From a virus (lineage: Duplodnaviria; Caudoviricetes), in the IMG/VR virus record IMGVR_UViG_3300017780_004173, positions 1 to 37,575 of that record: a stretch of 37,575 bases of DNA; one strand, 5' to 3'. The stretch's first letter is position 1; every line of letters starts with the position of its first letter. The notes under the pieces were generated by a model, which made no database searches, was not told where the DNA came from, and saw only the letters and a program-made list of their open reading frames with translations. Position numbers and translations under genes: made by a program. Shown here piece after piece: positions 23,575-33,144 of this stretch.

Positions 23575-24252
23575 TTAAGCGTAGTCAACTGCAAACAACC
23601 CGTTGTAGTAGGGTTCCTGGTCAAAGGTATTGTCGGCACTGTTCTTGTCCATTTCTTGCCACTTATTCCCAACTGGCGTAACCCACGTCGCTTTGATGTG
23701 GGTATGTTTCCCCGTAGAGTACCCCGTGTTGCCCGTGAGACAGAGCAAATCCCCTGTATTCCCGTCCCCACTGGTCTTTATGTACTTGGCGAGGTGTAGG
23801 TAGTCTAGCCGAACATATCCCCGTCCTTCGTACTCGTCTTTGGACACGATAGACAGCACCATGCCCCCACCGTTCGGTTGCCAGTTCGTGCCAATGATGT
23901 GGTAGTCAAAGGGAGCACGAATACGGTCATTGTATCCAGGAGCGATGTCAATACCGCTGTGTTCATCAAAGCCAAACCGTCGGTAGGTCTTGGGGTCGTA
24001 CACTCCCCACGGCTGGGTCACTTTCCAGGGCTGGGTCTCGTAGTACAATTCTAGCTTCTTCGGGCCATCAGGGTTCATAGGCGGTGTAGTTATCGGTTCA
24101 ACTGGTAAAGAGGGCGTAGCGGGCAATTCTGGGGCTTCCAGAGGCTCTACAGTGTCCTCCCACTGGTTTGCAAAGGCTTTGTATTTCCATAGGGAGAACA
24201 CCCCTGCCAGAAAGAGGACTACCGCACCAATGAATGTGGTGAGGATGGTCAT
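23575..24252 (-). CDS. M23 family peptidase (endolysin) with N-terminal anchor
   Basis: HSGID, YLHL, TGNTGYSTGKHTH zinc motifs; N-terminal TM and Pro-rich linker. Confidence 0.9.
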   Translation of the reverse strand: MTILTTFIGAVVLFLAGVFSLWKYKAFANQWEDTVEPLEAPELPATPSLPVEPITTPPMNPDGPKKLELYYETQPWKVTQPWGVYDPKTYRRFGFDEHSGIDIAPGYNDRIRAPFDYHIIGTNWQPNGGGMVLSIVSKDEYEGRGYVRLDYLHLAKYIKTSGDGNTGDLLCLTGNTGYSTGKHTHIKATWVTPVGNKWQEMDKNSADNTFDQEPYYNGLFAVDYA

Positions 24253-25115
24253 TTTGATTTGAATTGAAGTGCTAATCGTGCAACCATTTCACTCATTTGC
24301 TTGAGTATCTTCTGGAAGTAGGTGATGTCATTAGGAGCTAGACCAGAAGTGTTCTCTTTAAGGAAGTAGACCTGGGCCGTTTGGAATTTGGTGTCCCACG
24401 CTACTTTCTTAATGAACGGCTTGTATTGGTCGTGAATGAGCCAGTATTCCCCCTCTTTGTAGTCTAGGAGTTGTGTCCAGTGGTTATCACTGTCTCCTGT
24501 TTCTTTGTAGTACACACCATCAGCGTTCTTCTTCCACCCGTGTACCGAGACACACACAGGGCCTCGTGCGAGGGCGTACTTCAATAGAGCAGGTCTATTA
24601 AGGTTCTGTCTCGGCGCAAAGGGAGACTCGTTAAACACGTACTCATGTCCAAACTCGTACTTCTGTACCGACTTCTTAGCCTCAGCAATGAAACCCTCGT
24701 CCATTGGCTTTGGCTGATAGAACTCAAAGGTGCTTTTGATTGTCTCGTCAAAAGGAAGAAGGTTGTTATGTATCACTCCCCACTGTCTAACAGCCTCTCC
24801 CGAGACGTGTGGGTCGCCCCCAGGAGGGCCAAGGTTAGCCATGACCCCACTGAACCTCTCGCTACAGTTCTTTGGAAGGGAATACCCGTAGTAATTAGAA
24901 AGAGTTATCCACGCCTTGAGAGCACCGTAGACCGTACAAGCGAAACTCTCTACATCGTTTATGTTCTGTAGCTCGTAGTCAGGGACGTAGTTCTTCCACC
25001 CGTGACCATCAGGCATAAGGAATGTAGCTCCGAAGCGTACAGTGGCCTTCTTAGACCCAAGTGTCCAAGCCTTTGGAGGAGTAGGAGCGTATACAAATCC
25101 GTTTGGGTTAGGCAT
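24249..25115 (-). CDS. Papain-like (C1) cysteine peptidase
   Basis: ELQ....ESFAC (oxyanion Q, catalytic C), SERF, GPVCV, NHW (His), IHDQY. Confidence 0.75.
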   Translation of the reverse strand: MPNPNGFVYAPTPPKAWTLGSKKATVRFGATFLMPDGHGWKNYVPDYELQNINDVESFACTVYGALKAWITLSNYYGYSLPKNCSERFSGVMANLGPPGGDPHVSGEAVRQWGVIHNNLLPFDETIKSTFEFYQPKPMDEGFIAEAKKSVQKYEFGHEYVFNESPFAPRQNLNRPALLKYALARGPVCVSVHGWKKNADGVYYKETGDSDNHWTQLLDYKEGEYWLIHDQYKPFIKKVAWDTKFQTAQVYFLKENTSGLAPNDITYFQKILKQMSEMVARLALQFKSK

Positions 25116-25209
25116 ACCGTGAGCTACGAGTCTTTTTAGGATTCTTCGTTCCTGACTTTAGTTTCAGGATAACTTTCTTACCATTCTTTCCAGTGTATGA
25201 GAGCTTCAT
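25108..25209 (-). CDS. Basic microprotein (33 aa, MKLSYTGKNGKKVILKLK...)
   Basis: Translated by hand; fills the gap and overlaps the next start. Confidence 0.55.
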   Translation of the reverse strand: MKLSYTGKNGKKVILKLKSGTKNPKKTRSSRYA

Positions 25210-25212
25210 AGG

Positions 25213-25404
25213 TTATTGTGTTATTTCTGCCTCACGCTCATCTAGTACAGCGTTTAGTGCTTGCTTGGTTACTTTGTATACCGTATCTGGTACGGCGAGG
25301 AGCAATATGTATCCCAAAGCAACCATACAAACCACAATGATTCCACCAAGAACGATAACAGTAAAGCGATATTCCTTAATGACCTTTTCAGTTTCAGTGT
25401 TCAT
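25213..25404 (-). CDS. Single-pass membrane protein
   Basis: Long hydrophobic segment, ATGA overlap. Confidence 0.7.
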   Translation of the reverse strand: MNTETEKVIKEYRFTVIVLGGIIVVCMVALGYILLLAVPDTVYKVTKQALNAVLDEREAEITQ

Positions 25405-25709
25405 CCTTTTAAGTATTTAACTACTGCAATCCCCGAACCGATTATAACCGTAATAGCAAGCACGATACCTGATGTCCACTTCAATGCACCACTTCCAAAG
25501 ACAAGACCCTCATAGAGTTCTAGGATAGGAGCCATATTGGTCTTTATTTCTGCTACCTCCCCCTTTAATTCCCGTAGTTCAACAAGAATAAGAGCAAGGG
25601 TACCTTTTGTTTCCTCGTGATTTAACCGAGTCTCATCCTGAAATCTATGGTCTTCTTCAGCGTGAAGATGAAAAATTGCATTGATGTCTGCGTTGGTGGG
25701 TTCGGTCAT
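25401..25709 (-). CDS. Coiled-coil plus C-terminal TM protein (holin/XhlA-like)
   Basis: Heptad region then WTSGIVLAITVIIGSGIAVV; start MTEPT by ATGA overlap. Confidence 0.65.
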   Translation of the reverse strand: MTEPTNADINAIFHLHAEEDHRFQDETRLNHEETKGTLALILVELRELKGEVAEIKTNMAPILELYEGLVFGSGALKWTSGIVLAITVIIGSGIAVVKYLKG

Positions 25710-26041
25710 AGTGGCACACAAGACACCCCGTCCTGCTTGGCTTTATCTGATAATCCCTCGAACAGGTTTTCTTTCTCTGTCGCGCCCTTTTCGTTGGCAA
25801 TCGCAACATAGGCTGCCACCATTTCCTCTGAAGAGGCGGTAGCAGTATTGAGTACGGGTTCCTCATTCAGTCGCGCCTGAGCGTAGATGTACTGCTTTAG
25901 GACTTCGTGCTTCTGGCTGGTGGCTTGCTCGGCTAGCTGCTTTTGTACCGTCAGTTCGGTACCTTGCGCTGCGGTAGCTCCCCCAGCACCAATAGCAAGA
26001 GCGATGACTGCGGTGGCACCTGTTTTAGCTAGGGATTCCAT
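25706..26041 (-). CDS. Exported hypothetical protein
   Basis: N-terminal hydrophobic TAVIALAIGAGG, 111 aa. Confidence 0.75.
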   Translation of the reverse strand: MESLAKTGATAVIALAIGAGGATAAQGTELTVQKQLAEQATSQKHEVLKQYIYAQARLNEEPVLNTATASSEEMVAAYVAIANEKGATEKENLFEGLSDKAKQDGVSCVPL

Positions 26042-26045
26042 AAAT

Positions 26046-29000
26046 CTAGCGAATCTTGGTGGACATCAGGCTTGTTTGTCCCTGGGTGGTGTTGTCTGGT
26101 GCTGCGCTGGTATCCACGCCAACTCGCCAGGTGTCGGTAGTGGTTGCGGTTTCAGAACCGAATGCGTTAGCACTACAGGGAACATCGCTACCTGACTGGC
26201 TCTGTCCCGTCTCTATTGTGGTAGTTGCAGCGTATGTTCCACGCTTTATGACTGCCTTCGCTTCGGCATAGTTAGCACCAGTACATGAAGAGTTGAGCTT
26301 GGTCATAACATGCCACTGAACCACATCTCCAGCGACGACAGAGTATTCCTTATAGAACTTGGCGTTGACAGACGTAGAGGTAGCAAAGCCAGTCGTTACC
26401 GTGCTTCCTCCTCCTGATGGAGTAGTGGTAGCAATTACCTTTCCATTGGGGTCTATAGCGAGGAATGCACCTGCGGGAGTAGCAAGAGAGGCGATATAGA
26501 AGTCAGTGGTGACGCGTAGTGAGTTGTAGATGGTAGAAATACCGCTTGCTACGAAGTTTGCTACGCCCTGGACGGATAGTATGGAGCCTGGGGTAGTAGT
26601 ACCAATACCGACGTTACCTCCATCCAGAATCACCATGTTGGTGGCATTAAGAGCTGCGTTAAGGAAAAGAGCACCGGTGCTGTCGTATCCCATTGCACCA
26701 CGGCTAACGGTAGAGCCTGTAAGGAAGCGAATGAGTGACCCGGTGTCGCTACTCCTCACATAGACCGGAACGGTATCGGTACCCTCAACGTCAAGTCTGG
26801 TTGACGGACTTCTTCCAATACCGACGTTTCCCTCCACCAACAGTCCGTTTGTCGGCGCTGCTGTGGTCTTGTACCCGTCCCCTATAGATGCGTTGCCAGC
26901 AACAACGAACTTACTCGCAGGAGCTATGGCATCACCAATACTTACTCGCTGGTTTGCGGTGTCATAGTTGAGGAAGTAGTTACTAGCATTTCCAAGGAAG
27001 CCAACAATACTGGTAGTCCTCTGAAGCTCACGCCAGGTTGTGGATGCATCAATGGTTCTGGTCACGAGACCGTTATCTGCAACAAGGAATTTTTCTGCAT
27101 TACTTGAATTTGAAATGGCAAATGCACGTCCTGAACCTGTCCCAGCTCCTGTCACAGAAAGACGGGCAGACGGGCTTGACGTACCGATACCGACGTTGCC
27201 TCCACTTGGATTAAGCGCGAGTGGATAGGTCGAGGACTGTCCGACTCTATAATCGATAGACTGAATCCAGTTTGCAAAAGGGTCTGTAGCGTACGTTCCA
27301 AATGAGAGTCCATTTGTGTTGGTATACGAAAGTTGGAAGGTACCCTTACTGGTGCTGGATGGCCCAGAATCAGACACGCTATGAATCTGAAGTTTTGCTT
27401 GAGGAGTGGTAGTGCCAATACCGACGTTGCCTGTGCTCGAAATAAACATGGTCGAGGTTGCCTGTGCTACTCCTGCGTCGTTCCCCACGAGGAAGTTGCC
27501 CTTGGTGAGGGAGATGTCTCCGGGAACAAGAGAGGATACGGCTGAAACAAGGCCACTGGTGCCCTTGAGGAAGCCTGTGAGACTCGTAGCAAGTGTAGTA
27601 GCTCCTGTTACGGTCAATGCACCATTGATAGTAGTGTCTCCTGAAGATACCAGAGTTACGGGGGCAAAGAACTTCCCGTCTACTTGGAGGTTGCCTTTTA
27701 TTCGGACATGACCTGAAAATGTTGAGGTAGCTGTGGTGCCGTCTACAAAGTTTATACCAGTACCTGCTCCACCGATTGAGAGAAGTGTGCCAGGGGTTGT
27801 AGTACCAATACCAACACTCGTTCCATTATCATAGAGCGTTCCTATTCCTAGTGTATTTGCATCAGTCCAGCGTGTTACATAGTTAGCTGTACCAGTCATA
27901 GCAGATACAAGTCCCGAAGTTCCTTTCAGTACTCCTGTGAGGCTCGTTGCAAGTGTTGTTGCACCAGTGAATGTGTTTGCGCCTGTGAATGTATTGTCTG
28001 CTGGTAGGAAGGCGATTGCTTCTGAGGCAATAGTAATAGGCGTATTTACGTGGGAAGCTCGGCTCATTCCCTCATATACATAGTGGATTGTCCTGCTTGC
28101 ACTAGAGTGTCCACGTATTTTCAATACAAGGCGGTCATCTGTAGCGAAGGTAAATGCTGGTTGTGCTATAATAGTATCAACTGTAGCAACGGTAAGATTG
28201 TCAATGTCTGTAGAAGTAGCTTGGAATAGTTGTGTTTCCGTTCCTGCTGGGTTTCGCTTGAACACTGTGTACTCGATTACCGAAGTTCCAGCAGCGTTAC
28301 TAACATAGGTGTAGGTTATGAAGTCCCAGTTTCCTGCTGGTATTTTGTTGAGAATGAGTGGCCCCGTTGCTGAAAGCGTTGTCGTGGAGATGTTGTTAGA
28401 CAATGCAGTTGCACAGTACCCAGAAGCAGCGGCACAGCTCACATCTACTTCTGTAGCAAGATTCGGTTCTGTACGAAGTGCGTTGTATGTTGCTACGTCT
28501 GTCGCTACGTTCCATGGATAGAGTGTGATTCCTGAACCCTGAACAACAACATCTTCCATACAGTTTCCTGTAGTGAAGCAGAGCTGGTCTATTGTGTGCG
28601 TTCCTGTAGTGGAGGCCGTGGTAAATGTTTGGAGGTTAGACCAGGTGTTTGCGGTGGTGGTGCCGAAAGCTAGTCCAACAGTGGCTCCTGTAAGAGTGAC
28701 GGGATAGGTTGTGGAGATGGTGGCTTGTTTTGCATTGAATGTCGTCCAGTCTGCTGCGGAGAGACAGCCAGGGATAGAGCCTGTTGCCGTGGCACAGGTG
28801 ATTACCGAAGCGAGAGAGCCAATGACTGAGATAGGGTTTGAGAAGGTTATGGGGGCTGTGCCGGTGAGGGTGGTGGTGGCTACTCCACCAAGGACGGTAG
28901 GGGAGGTACCGGTGTAGTAGGAAAGCTGTGAAATACCTATGGTGGAGGTGGTAGCGACGCCACCTGCTGTTGAAGGCCAAGCTGTACGGCAGTCTACTCC

Positions 29001-29168
29001 GATACAGATACCGTCTGTATACAGTTTATTCCACAGCTTAGTAGGAGAGCCGAGGTTGTAGGTAGAGGTAGTCTCGCTCTCAATGGTGCGGAAGATGTTT
29101 GAGGTTGGTGCCGCGAGGACAGGTACTGCTAGTACGAGTGCGAAAAGGATTGTTAGGAGGTACTTCAT
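26046..29168 (-). CDS. Tail-fibre/adhesin-like protein with signal peptide
   Basis: 1040 aa Thr/Gly-rich; five G(N/S)VGIG repeats; ICIGVDCRTAWP knob-like motif; MKYLLTILFALVLAVPVLA-A signal peptide. Confidence 0.8.
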   Translation of the reverse strand: MKYLLTILFALVLAVPVLAAPTSNIFRTIESETTSTYNLGSPTKLWNKLYTDGICIGVDCRTAWPSTAGGVATTSTIGISQLSYYTGTSPTVLGGVATTTLTGTAPITFSNPISVIGSLASVITCATATGSIPGCLSAADWTTFNAKQATISTTYPVTLTGATVGLAFGTTTANTWSNLQTFTTASTTGTHTIDQLCFTTGNCMEDVVVQGSGITLYPWNVATDVATYNALRTEPNLATEVDVSCAAASGYCATALSNNISTTTLSATGPLILNKIPAGNWDFITYTYVSNAAGTSVIEYTVFKRNPAGTETQLFQATSTDIDNLTVATVDTIIAQPAFTFATDDRLVLKIRGHSSASRTIHYVYEGMSRASHVNTPITIASEAIAFLPADNTFTGANTFTGATTLATSLTGVLKGTSGLVSAMTGTANYVTRWTDANTLGIGTLYDNGTSVGIGTTTPGTLLSIGGAGTGINFVDGTTATSTFSGHVRIKGNLQVDGKFFAPVTLVSSGDTTINGALTVTGATTLATSLTGFLKGTSGLVSAVSSLVPGDISLTKGNFLVGNDAGVAQATSTMFISSTGNVGIGTTTPQAKLQIHSVSDSGPSSTSKGTFQLSYTNTNGLSFGTYATDPFANWIQSIDYRVGQSSTYPLALNPSGGNVGIGTSSPSARLSVTGAGTGSGRAFAISNSSNAEKFLVADNGLVTRTIDASTTWRELQRTTSIVGFLGNASNYFLNYDTANQRVSIGDAIAPASKFVVAGNASIGDGYKTTAAPTNGLLVEGNVGIGRSPSTRLDVEGTDTVPVYVRSSDTGSLIRFLTGSTVSRGAMGYDSTGALFLNAALNATNMVILDGGNVGIGTTTPGSILSVQGVANFVASGISTIYNSLRVTTDFYIASLATPAGAFLAIDPNGKVIATTTPSGGGSTVTTGFATSTSVNAKFYKEYSVVAGDVVQWHVMTKLNSSCTGANYAEAKAVIKRGTYAATTTIETGQSQSGSDVPCSANAFGSETATTTDTWRVGVDTSAAPDNTTQGQTSLMSTKIR

Positions 29169-29974
29169 ATACTTGAAATAGGTATATATAGTATATACAA
29201 TGTCTGTCCAGTTTCAGGGGGGGATACCTCACTCGTGAGTGTTAGGGTTGTTTCTGTATTCGTCCAATCCACTACTGGTCGATAAGAGATAGGGAATTGT
29301 GTGCCAAATATTCCAAGCACACGACGTGTCTTTGGAATAGTAAATACGCGAAGTACACCATTGCACTGACTGGTAAGGTCGTAGTATTGAATAGCTGAAC
29401 CACCTCCACCTCCACCCTTCTGTTGTGCGTTCTTCTGAAGAGACATAAACATCTCCTCGAGCCCGATGATTGCTTCTTTTGGCATCCACGGATTCGGAAG
29501 AGAAAGCATCTTCTCCTGTACCTGTTTAGGAGTGTCAGGCGAACCGTCTTTCCCGTCTTTTGACTTAGGGATACGGGCGAGTACACGGTTTTCTATAGCT
29601 TTCTCGTCTGCGTCCTTGCCGTTTTTGGGCACAATAGGGGCAGGAATATTTGCAAAAATAAAGTCAGTAAGAATCTTCTCGTCTTCAGCGTTGAAGTAGT
29701 CTTTTCCACGGATAGGGGTGTATCCTTCTTTGCCCTGCTTCACTTCGTTTACAATCTCAACAAGCTTCTTCTTTACAAGGTCAGGAAGTTCATCAAATAG
29801 CTTCTTTGTTTCAGAGTCCACCAATTTGAGGAGTCTGTCGTTCATCTCTCCCTCGATGCTTTTCACTACATCTCGCACTACTTGGGGTAGTTTCTCCTGC
29901 ATATCCCAGAGCATTCTGAAGGACTCCACTTGTGGATTTTGCTTGTGCTTTTTGAATGCTTGGAGTTTGTTCAT
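29165..29974 (-). CDS. Tail-module protein with collagen-like motifs
   Basis: GYTPIRGKDYF, GKDADE, KDGKDGSPDT, poly-Gly linker, beta-rich C-domain; ATG start 29974 preferred. Confidence 0.75.
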   Translation of the reverse strand: MNKLQAFKKHKQNPQVESFRMLWDMQEKLPQVVRDVVKSIEGEMNDRLLKLVDSETKKLFDELPDLVKKKLVEIVNEVKQGKEGYTPIRGKDYFNAEDEKILTDFIFANIPAPIVPKNGKDADEKAIENRVLARIPKSKDGKDGSPDTPKQVQEKMLSLPNPWMPKEAIIGLEEMFMSLQKNAQQKGGGGGGSAIQYYDLTSQCNGVLRVFTIPKTRRVLGIFGTQFPISYRPVVDWTNTETTLTLTSEVSPPETGQTLYILYIPISSI

Positions 29975-30012
29975 GGTTGCGTTTTTAGGCAAGGTGTGGT
30001 ATGAGTGTGGGT

Positions 30013-30078
30013 ATGATTTGGTGGATACTAGGATTCATACTTTTTATTGCGGTTGCTGGGGCTGGGACTCCTCGTTAA
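30013..30078 (+). CDS. Antisense membrane micropeptide (21 aa, MIWWILGFILFIAVAGAGTPR)
   Basis: Translated by hand; TTGCGT-17-TATGAG-7 nt-ATG upstream. Confidence 0.45.
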   Translation: MIWWILGFILFIAVAGAGTPR

Positions 30079-31438
30079 AGAGGTCACTCAGGTAGCGTGC
30101 TCCTGGCGCACCAATAAACTCCATACCCTGCCCAATTTTATATACGGTCTGACCGCCTATAGTTGCTATTGGTGTCAATACAACATCTTTCATAGCATTA
30201 AGAAATCCTCCAGCACCTCCCTTAAACTTCGCACCAGTCATTGCTTTCTGTCCCCATTCAGCAAGTCCCCTTAGATTTCCGTAATCAATATATGCACGAG
30301 AAGCATCTGTTCCTACAGCAGTGTGTATTTTCTCCCGTGCAACGCCAGAAACGATATTCTTTACATCAGCAAAGGCACCAGCAATATCCTTACCTTGATA
30401 CGCTTTCTGTGGAACCATTTTGGCCCAGCCTTCCTTGAACTGTTGCAATTTCTCTATTGGTACGTTAGCCACGTTAGCGTAATCAGCACGCAAGGCGTCC
30501 AATGCTTCTAATAGGTCTTTCTGTCTACTTAGTTCAGGAGTATCTGCCTTTATTTTTGCAGCGGCTTCATCAAAAAATGTCGGCATACTTACCTGCACAC
30601 CAGAGCGCTTGAGTGCCGGTTCAATAACATTTCCCCATAGACTCTTTGTTGCTTTCTTGGCCTGTACTCCTATACCTGATTCAGTACCCATAAGTCCCTT
30701 TTGAAATGCAGTCTCAGCAGCCGTTATTGGTGCTTTTGATGTGCCTGCTATCGCTGTTGCTATACGCTCAAAGAAGGGAACATTTGCCTTATATGCTTGC
30801 ACAAGTCTTGCTTCAGCCATAGACATTGGTATAGACAATCCCTTATAGAGAGCTTTGCCAGTGGCACTTACTGGCTTACCAAGTGCACCAATAACTTGCC
30901 CACCGATACCAGTTTCTAATCCTTGTACTACGTCTCCCGTCTGGGCAGTTGCTATTGCGGTATCTTTAGCGGCTATAGGTGCCTTAGAAGCAATGCCTGC
31001 AACTATTTTCGGAACAACTCCCACAGTTTCTTTTACTGCTGTTTTTACAGGCCCCCCAGGGCCAGCGAGTAGTTGTGCAACTGTGCCCACAACCTCTCCT
31101 GTTTTAGAGAAACCGCTTTGGTCTGTCACGCTTTCTGCGAATCTACGAGCTTCTGCCCCAGTCGTCGTTGGTATATTCCCCTTGCCAAGAGCCAGATTGA
31201 TACCTCGCCCTAGTGTTTGGTCTAGTGCGCTTTCAATTCCAGCTCCAGTCTTTATAAGTGAACCTGCTACGCCTGCCCCAAACTCACCCGCTGCGCCTTG
31301 TCCTAGTTTAACCCGTGGTGCAGGGGTTGGTGCCCACGCTGCTTGAAATTGACTTGAAAGCGATTGTGCAGAAAGAGTAGGGTCAGGTTGTGTGCCTGCC
31401 TGTTCGTTCATAAACTTAATATCTTCGGGTGTAAGCAT
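30044..31438 (-). CDS. Putative DNA ejection / internal virion protein
   Basis: Ala/Gly-rich helical protein at the ejection-gene position; ATG start MLTPED just after the previous stop. Confidence 0.65.
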   Translation of the reverse strand: MLTPEDIKFMNEQAGTQPDPTLSAQSLSSQFQAAWAPTPAPRVKLGQGAAGEFGAGVAGSLIKTGAGIESALDQTLGRGINLALGKGNIPTTTGAEARRFAESVTDQSGFSKTGEVVGTVAQLLAGPGGPVKTAVKETVGVVPKIVAGIASKAPIAAKDTAIATAQTGDVVQGLETGIGGQVIGALGKPVSATGKALYKGLSIPMSMAEARLVQAYKANVPFFERIATAIAGTSKAPITAAETAFQKGLMGTESGIGVQAKKATKSLWGNVIEPALKRSGVQVSMPTFFDEAAAKIKADTPELSRQKDLLEALDALRADYANVANVPIEKLQQFKEGWAKMVPQKAYQGKDIAGAFADVKNIVSGVAREKIHTAVGTDASRAYIDYGNLRGLAEWGQKAMTGAKFKGGAGGFLNAMKDVVLTPIATIGGQTVYKIGQGMEFIGAPGARYLSDLFNEESQPQQPQ

Positions 31439-31439
31439 A

Positions 31440-33140
31440 TTATTGTACGTAGTTATTTGCCTTTGCCCATTGATAAATATCAATTACGGTAGGCGCTTGC
31501 CCTGTACTTGGAAGCACTGTGTTTGAAAACTTTATTATAACCGGCTGTAGCTCCGGTCTACGTTTCCCCAGGTCTATAATTTTAGCATTTGCACTATCTA
31601 CAACATTTGCCGCATCATTCGCAGTATCACCTCCAAAACCTGAAAGTTCGCTAAGGATAGTATCGTCAGCCGATAACCCATTTAGCTTAACCTCCTTCTT
31701 TTTTGCTGCGATATATGGGTCTTTCTCAAGTGCTTTCACTTGTGAAGTGTACATGTCGTCAACTAGCTTCTTAATTTGAGTGCGCTGGTCTGGCGATAGA
31801 GCATCTCCTTTCTCTAATTTCTTTATTTTTAACTTTAGTTGATTAGACAACGATTGCGCACCCTGGATAAGTTTCACGTCCTGGTCGCGCGTAACGGCTC
31901 CCTCGTCAATTACCTTCTGAAATTGATTGATAGCAGCAATGTCACCCACACCAGTTTCTTGTGAAAGAGATGCTTTTACGTTGTCCGCATAATTACGCAT
32001 AGAGCTTGTCTTGCTGTAGGTGGCGTTTTTAGAAATTGAGTCATTTATGCGCGTAATAGCGGCTACCTGTTTTGAAGTGTATCCACTATCTCCCATAGTG
32101 ATATTCGTGACTGGACGTTTGCGATTTGCGTCAGCATTCATGTAAGTTTCAATGTCAATCAAAGGCTTTCCTTGTGCTGTTCTTGTAGCGTTTACTGCTT
32201 GCCATTCACCCACCACACCACTCGCATTAGCGAGGTATGGCCCCGCAAGCATAACTGCTTCGGTGATTGATTGGGCACGAGATACCGCTGCGAGTACCGC
32301 AGGAGGAGCACCCACAAGTTTAGTAGCTACATTGGTTGCAATGTCTTTCTGTAAGTCCATCTTTGATTTCGCTGCATCACTTGCAATCTTCTGCACATTC
32401 GTAATCTGGTCTTGAATCTCTTTAGCAGCCTGTTGCAGATATTCTTGTGATGCCTTAGCTGAAGCCATGGCTGTTTGTAGGTTGTTTTGCGCGAGAGCTG
32501 CGTTAGCACTAGAGATAGCTGCGTTGTACTTAGCGTCAATCTCCTGGAGTTGTTGTATGCCGTATGACCTCTGTGCGGAAATCATACCCTCATTCATCGT
32601 TGGGGCGTAGCGAGCTGTTCCTGCCCGTAGTCCTGCGGTTGTGAGATTCGTTTCAGCACTTCTATTTGTCTCTTGTTGCTGACGCTGTACGGTAGCCCAC
32701 GCACCTTGTAGGGTACGGACTTGAGATGCTGTTTGCTCTGTATTGGCAATGGTTAGCTCTTTGTAGAGTTGCTGTTCTTGACGAAGAGCGTCTCGCTGTG
32801 CCTTTTGATTAGCATCAGCCCGAGCCTGAAGAGGGTCAGTCATGTCGCTAGGCGTAGCGTTAGCAGCGTCTGCTTCTGCCTGTGCGTCGTTTGCTTGCTG
32901 ATTCGTTGCCTGATTCTGTCCTGCAAGTGTCTGTGCTGTGGTTCCTGTTGTTACTGCGGGAGTAATCTTAGTATTTACCACGCTCTTACCCGCGCTTGAA
33001 GAGAGGATACCGGCGGGGGTAGCAGGGGTACCTACGGGCACAAACTCCTTGAGAGATTTCCCTGTACTGTCAAAGTAATCACCACCCAACAGTCGGTTGG
33101 TTTCTGCTACTGAACCTGGTCCGGTGAGGGGCTGTAGCAT
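31440..33140 (-). CDS. Putative DNA ejection / internal virion protein
   Basis: 566 aa Gln/Ala-rich coiled coil; GDIAAINQFQKVIDEGAVTR segment. Confidence 0.65.
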   Translation of the reverse strand: MLQPLTGPGSVAETNRLLGGDYFDSTGKSLKEFVPVGTPATPAGILSSSAGKSVVNTKITPAVTTGTTAQTLAGQNQATNQQANDAQAEADAANATPSDMTDPLQARADANQKAQRDALRQEQQLYKELTIANTEQTASQVRTLQGAWATVQRQQQETNRSAETNLTTAGLRAGTARYAPTMNEGMISAQRSYGIQQLQEIDAKYNAAISSANAALAQNNLQTAMASAKASQEYLQQAAKEIQDQITNVQKIASDAAKSKMDLQKDIATNVATKLVGAPPAVLAAVSRAQSITEAVMLAGPYLANASGVVGEWQAVNATRTAQGKPLIDIETYMNADANRKRPVTNITMGDSGYTSKQVAAITRINDSISKNATYSKTSSMRNYADNVKASLSQETGVGDIAAINQFQKVIDEGAVTRDQDVKLIQGAQSLSNQLKLKIKKLEKGDALSPDQRTQIKKLVDDMYTSQVKALEKDPYIAAKKKEVKLNGLSADDTILSELSGFGGDTANDAANVVDSANAKIIDLGKRRPELQPVIIKFSNTVLPSTGQAPTVIDIYQWAKANNYVQ

Positions 33141-33144
33141 GGTG

